In this document: one piece after another, positions 51,963-55,207 of the stretch
Layout of the letters: each line of letters begins with the position of its first letter
Numbering within the stretch: position 1 is the first letter of the stretch
Assembly: GCA_017414715.1 (NCBI GenBank)
Contig: JAFQKV010000061.1
Location: 1 to 55,207, forward strand
Direction: 5' to 3'
Origin: Clostridia bacterium
GTDB taxonomy: Bacteria > Bacillota > Clostridia > Oscillospirales > QAMX01
DNA: 55,207 nucleotides
Program-made: the position numbers and the translations under genes
The notes under the pieces: generated by a model
Seen by the model: the letters and a program-made list of their open reading frames with translations, nothing else
What the model was told of the DNA's origin: nothing
The model's database searches: none

Positions 51963-53945
51963 ATGGCCTATTTTCAGCCGCCACGCAACCGCGTGAACGA
52001 CCAATACCGCGTTCCTCGCCCGAAATCTCTGCGTGAGGTACCGGGTTATGTCCGGACCGTGATCAAAAACTTTTTCACCCGTCTGTTTTATATCTATCAG
52101 CTTGTCTGGGAGGCCCGGCCCTCCATCCTCTTTGTGATGGTCTTTATGTCGGTCTTCAACGGCGTGATGCCCGTGCTGGGTGCGCTGCTCAGCGCGAATA
52201 TTCTCAATGCCCTTGCCGAAGCCTATGCCGGAAAGATGACCGACTTTGCCCGCATTTTTGCCCCCCTTGCCGGATATTTTGTCTGGTTGTTCCTCAATTC
52301 TATGGCATCCCGGCTTTCCAACATGGTCACCCGTATTTCCGGTGAGGTCGTATCAAACCACATCAAGGTCAAGATCATGAACAAGGCCCGCGAGGTGGAC
52401 ATGGCGAGCTTTGATCTGCCGGAGTTCTACGCCAAGATGGAAAATGCCAACCGTGAGGCCGGCCGCCGTCCCATAGAGATCCTCAGTTCCACCTTCAGCA
52501 TCGTATCCACGGTCATCAGCATGGTGAGCTTTGTCGGTCTTCTCTTTGCCGTCAGTCCATGGGCACCCCTCATCATCATTCTAATGTCCATTCCCTCCAC
52601 CATCATCAGCTTTGTATACCGCCGCAAGAACGTGCGCTATATGTTCTTCCATTCCAAGGAACGCCGGCAGCTCAACTACTACTCCGATGTCATCGTCAAC
52701 AAGGATATGGTCAAGGAAGTCCGTATCTTCCGCCTCTACGACGCCTTTATCGGCCGCTACAAGGCTGTGTTTTCCCGATATTTTGCCGGCATCAAGCGGC
52801 TTATACGTCAGGAAACGGTATGGAATATTGCCAGCACCGTCGTGACCACCGTGGTCAACTGCCTGTTGTTTGCTTACGTGGCAAAGGGCGTGTTTGACGG
52901 GCGCTTTCAGGTGGGCGACTATTCCCTCTACACCGGCGCACTGAATTCCGTGGCAAGCTGTGTGGCGACTCTCATCACCACCACCGCCACCATCTACGAG
53001 GGCACCCTCTTTATCAATAATATGATCGCTTTCATGAAGGAAAAGCCTTCCGTCATCCCCTCCGTCTCTCCTGCCCGCAGTGTACGGCGGCACGAAGGGC
53101 ATACGGTTGAATTCGATCACGTGTATTTCCGCTATCCCGGCACAGACCGGGATGTCATCAGCGATCTTTGCCTGACCATCCATCCCGGTGAAACGGTGGT
53201 CATCGTCGGTCTGAACGGCGCCGGAAAAACCACACTCATCAAGCTGCTCTGCCGCCTCTATGACCCGACTGAGGGACGCATCCTGCTGGACGGGCACGAT
53301 ATCCGCGAATACGATACCGAAGATCTTTACCATATGTTCGGCATTATTTTCCAGGACTTCGGCAAGTTTGCCGTCACTGCGGGCGAAAACATCGCCTTCG
53401 GCAACACCGCAAGGGATGTCGATCCCGCCCACGTCAAGCGCAGTGCCATCATGTCCGGCGCGGACAGCTTCATTCTGCGGCTGCCCAATGCCTACGACAC
53501 GCCCATGATGCGGTATTTCGAGGACAACGGCATCGAGCCGTCCATCGGCCAGTGGCAGAAGATCGCCATCGCCCGCGCCTTCTACAGCGATTCGGACATC
53601 ATGATCCTTGATGAGCCCACCGCCTCTCTGGACCCCATGGCGGAGCAGGAGATCTTCAACCGCTTTGATTCCCTGCGCAAGGACAAGACCACTATCTTCG
53701 TCTCCCATCGACTCTCCAGCGCAACAAGCGCCGACAAGATCGTCGTGTTGGAATACGGACGTATTCTGGAGGTCGGCAACCATGCGCAGCTGATGAACCT
53801 CCGCGGCCGCTATCACGAGCTCTTCACGACGCAGGCCAGCCGCTATCAGGTAGATGTCGACGAGAACGACGTACTTCCCGGAACAACGCTGCCCGCAGGC
53901 CACCATCCTCCAAAGCCTAACTGTCCCAAACCTCCAAGATCGTAG
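51963..53945 (+). CDS. ABC transporter, fused permease/ATP-binding protein (type I exporter)
   Basis: 660 aa. Six-TM N-terminal domain, Walker A GLNGAGKTT, signature-like SIGQWQK, Walker B IMILDEPTASLD. RBS AAGGAG upstream. Confidence 0.92.
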   Translation: MAYFQPPRNRVNDQYRVPRPKSLREVPGYVRTVIKNFFTRLFYIYQLVWEARPSILFVMVFMSVFNGVMPVLGALLSANILNALAEAYAGKMTDFARIFAPLAGYFVWLFLNSMASRLSNMVTRISGEVVSNHIKVKIMNKAREVDMASFDLPEFYAKMENANREAGRRPIEILSSTFSIVSTVISMVSFVGLLFAVSPWAPLIIILMSIPSTIISFVYRRKNVRYMFFHSKERRQLNYYSDVIVNKDMVKEVRIFRLYDAFIGRYKAVFSRYFAGIKRLIRQETVWNIASTVVTTVVNCLLFAYVAKGVFDGRFQVGDYSLYTGALNSVASCVATLITTTATIYEGTLFINNMIAFMKEKPSVIPSVSPARSVRRHEGHTVEFDHVYFRYPGTDRDVISDLCLTIHPGETVVIVGLNGAGKTTLIKLLCRLYDPTEGRILLDGHDIREYDTEDLYHMFGIIFQDFGKFAVTAGENIAFGNTARDVDPAHVKRSAIMSGADSFILRLPNAYDTPMMRYFEDNGIEPSIGQWQKIAIARAFYSDSDIMILDEPTASLDPMAEQEIFNRFDSLRKDKTTIFVSHRLSSATSADKIVVLEYGRILEVGNHAQLMNLRGRYHELFTTQASRYQVDVDENDVLPGTTLPAGHHPPKPNCPKPPRS

Positions 53946-54045
53946 GCACATAAAACGAACCGATGCAGAAAACATGAATGTCGAACTCAGCTCTCAAAAT
54001 CGTTATGCGGCTTTCTCACACATCGGTCGCGATATAGAAAAAGCT

Positions 54046-54080
54046 CGTCTGATTCTTCTTGAGAATCAGACGGGCTTTGT
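54046..54080. terminator. bidirectional terminator between the ABC exporter gene and the convergent last gene
   Basis: 11-nt perfect inverted repeat CGTCTGATTCT / AGAATCAGACG. It is followed by GGCTTTGTT on the plus strand and AGCTTTTTCT on the minus strand. Confidence 0.6.
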
Positions 54081-54152
54081 TCGTACGCACCTGCGGCAAA
54101 CGAAAATCGGGTTGAATAACAAGTAAAATAGTGAAAGACGGAACTGATATTA

Positions 54153-55207
54153 TTAATTGTTGTTATAGTGTTTGATGATATTTGAGAGTATTTTGTCTGC
54201 GACAATATCAGAACCGATATTCTCGGCCAAGCGAAGCGTATTTACCAGGTATTTTCCTTCACCGCACGCAAATTCACCCAGAACCAATCCTGCAATGCAA
54301 CTTCCTGGGGCAAACAGTCCGCTGCCGAATGCGGCGCAGTGGGTTTTCACAGGTTTAGCAGTATCCACCATATAGTGACATGGATATACATCACGGAAAT
54401 CTTCCATATCCAGAATTCCGCTGTCCAGAATTCCGGCAAACAGAGGACTGTGTGAAGCATAGCTGTCCAGATGATACAGCCAGTTTCTGTAATATATCCG
54501 TTTTCCCGCAAAACCATTTGATGTTCCATCAAGTTTTGCCTGTTCCATGAAGCCCTGACTGGTACTGTTTTCACTCGCGGAGCCTTCCCAGAAGCTGCTG
54601 TCCAACGGAAATACAATACATCCTGCAGAAGCCTTGGAATTAAGCGTATGCAGGACAGCTTCTTTGTCTGCACAATCCGGAATACTACCAACAATAATAA
54701 GTCCGCTTTGTGCTTCCGTATAATCACATACGCTCACTCCGTGACAGCATAGGTATTCCATAATATTATCCGGTACATGGCATATTCCAACCTGTGTATA
54801 GTGCAAATCCGTTTCGTCACAGAGAATACGAAATGCTTTTTTGCTGCAAGTCGGAACGGGTCCGCCAATCAGAGCGGCAGAAAATGTATAGGAACCATTG
54901 TCAGCAATTCCCGGAATTGTTTCTTTCCAGACGCTGTATGCCAACGGAGGACGTCCGGATTTGCCAATAGAAGGATACATAAAGGGCACTTCTTTCTGCC
55001 AAACAACACCGTTCTTTCCCGTGACAGAAAGCAAAGCGGTATATTCTCCCGGCTCCAAAACATCTTCATTACAAAGAACCGCTTCGAGTTCAAAAGGCGC
55101 TCCCGCACGGATAAAACTCTTTTCAGTAAACAGTGACCATTTCAGGGGGGCCCAGCAGTCATGCAGCGTTCGACAATACCCGGCATATACTTGCCTTCGT
55201 CATAATA
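54153..55207 (-). CDS. hypothetical protein, probably the C-terminal part of a larger (glycoside-hydrolase-like?) protein; 5' end lies outside the window and the frame appears broken at a homopolymer
   Basis: The ORF-track start at 55058 is a TTG, but the frame stays open and protein-like upstream to 55199 (…PLKWSLFTEKSFIRAGAPFELEAVLCNEDV). A different frame is open from the window edge (YYDEGKYMPGIVERCMTAGPP*). The two join smoothly if the G6 run at 55145-55150 had one more base. G+C is visibly lower than the rest of the window. Confidence 0.55.

Noticed and set aside
53854-54205. Small ORFs of 90 aa (plus strand) and 72 aa (minus strand) in the AT-rich spacer between the ABC exporter gene and the last gene.
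   Set aside because: They have no RBS. They overlap each other and the bidirectional terminator, and their composition is typical of random AT-rich sequence.
49060-55175. Isolated perfect 0A-box heptamers at 49060-49066, 53979-53985 and 55169-55175.
   Set aside because: Two lie in coding sequence and one in a terminator spacer. The total count in the window is about what chance predicts, at roughly one per 16.4 kb per strand.

Overview
55.2-kb G+C-rich chromosomal window. Gene content fits a spore-forming Clostridia-class Firmicute (Spo0A-family regulator, SpmA/SpmB, SLH-domain lysozyme, HprK, separate GlnRS and GluRS), but the taxon is inference only. I support about 50 protein genes, three tRNAs (Gly-UCC, Arg-UCU, His-GUG), one glycine riboswitch, and several promoters and terminators read directly from the sequence.

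Gene blocks, in order:
- Glycine riboswitch, then an alanine/glycine:cation symporter and a HAD hydrolase.
- A truncated histidine kinase next to an atypical Spo0A-family gene.
- PHP phosphatase, hprK and an SGNH hydrolase.
- A minus-strand run: hypothetical protein, degenerate P-type-ATPase homologue, CYTH protein, gltX, glnS.
- ZIP transporter and a CE15-like esterase.
- A sugar block: GH172/DUF2961, fucI, araB-type ribulokinase, malic enzyme, Smr protein, two GH78 rhamnosidases.
- spmAB, a lipid kinase, mgsA and a MinD-like ATPase.
- A complete shikimate/Phe operon: aroF (frameshifted), aroB, aroA, aroC, pheA, an aroE-aroK fusion, aroQ and an amidohydrolase.
- Miscellaneous metabolic and transport genes, then the tRNA cluster.
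- A visibly lower-G+C right end.

No rRNA, CRISPR array, transposase, integrase or phage gene was seen. Many long ORFs in the six-frame track are antisense shadows of real genes.

Most interesting observations:
1. A consensus promoter, a 29-codon Phe/Tyr-rich leader ORF (YFFYFYF run) and a perfect terminator lie in front of the aro operon. This looks like a ribosome-mediated attenuator.
2. A P-type-ATPase homologue has lost every catalytic motif and is translationally coupled to a CYTH protein upstream of gltX-glnS.
3. A Spo0A paralogue has a degenerate acidic pocket, two perfect 0A boxes upstream and a truncated kinase remnant beside it.
4. GH172, a FucI-family isomerase and an AraB-type kinase sit together without an aldolase or epimerase, which suggests D-arabinofuranoside use.
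5. An unclassified roughly 200-nt terminator-containing leader precedes a CNNM/CorC-family gene.
6. Two single-base homopolymer frameshifts may be assembly errors.
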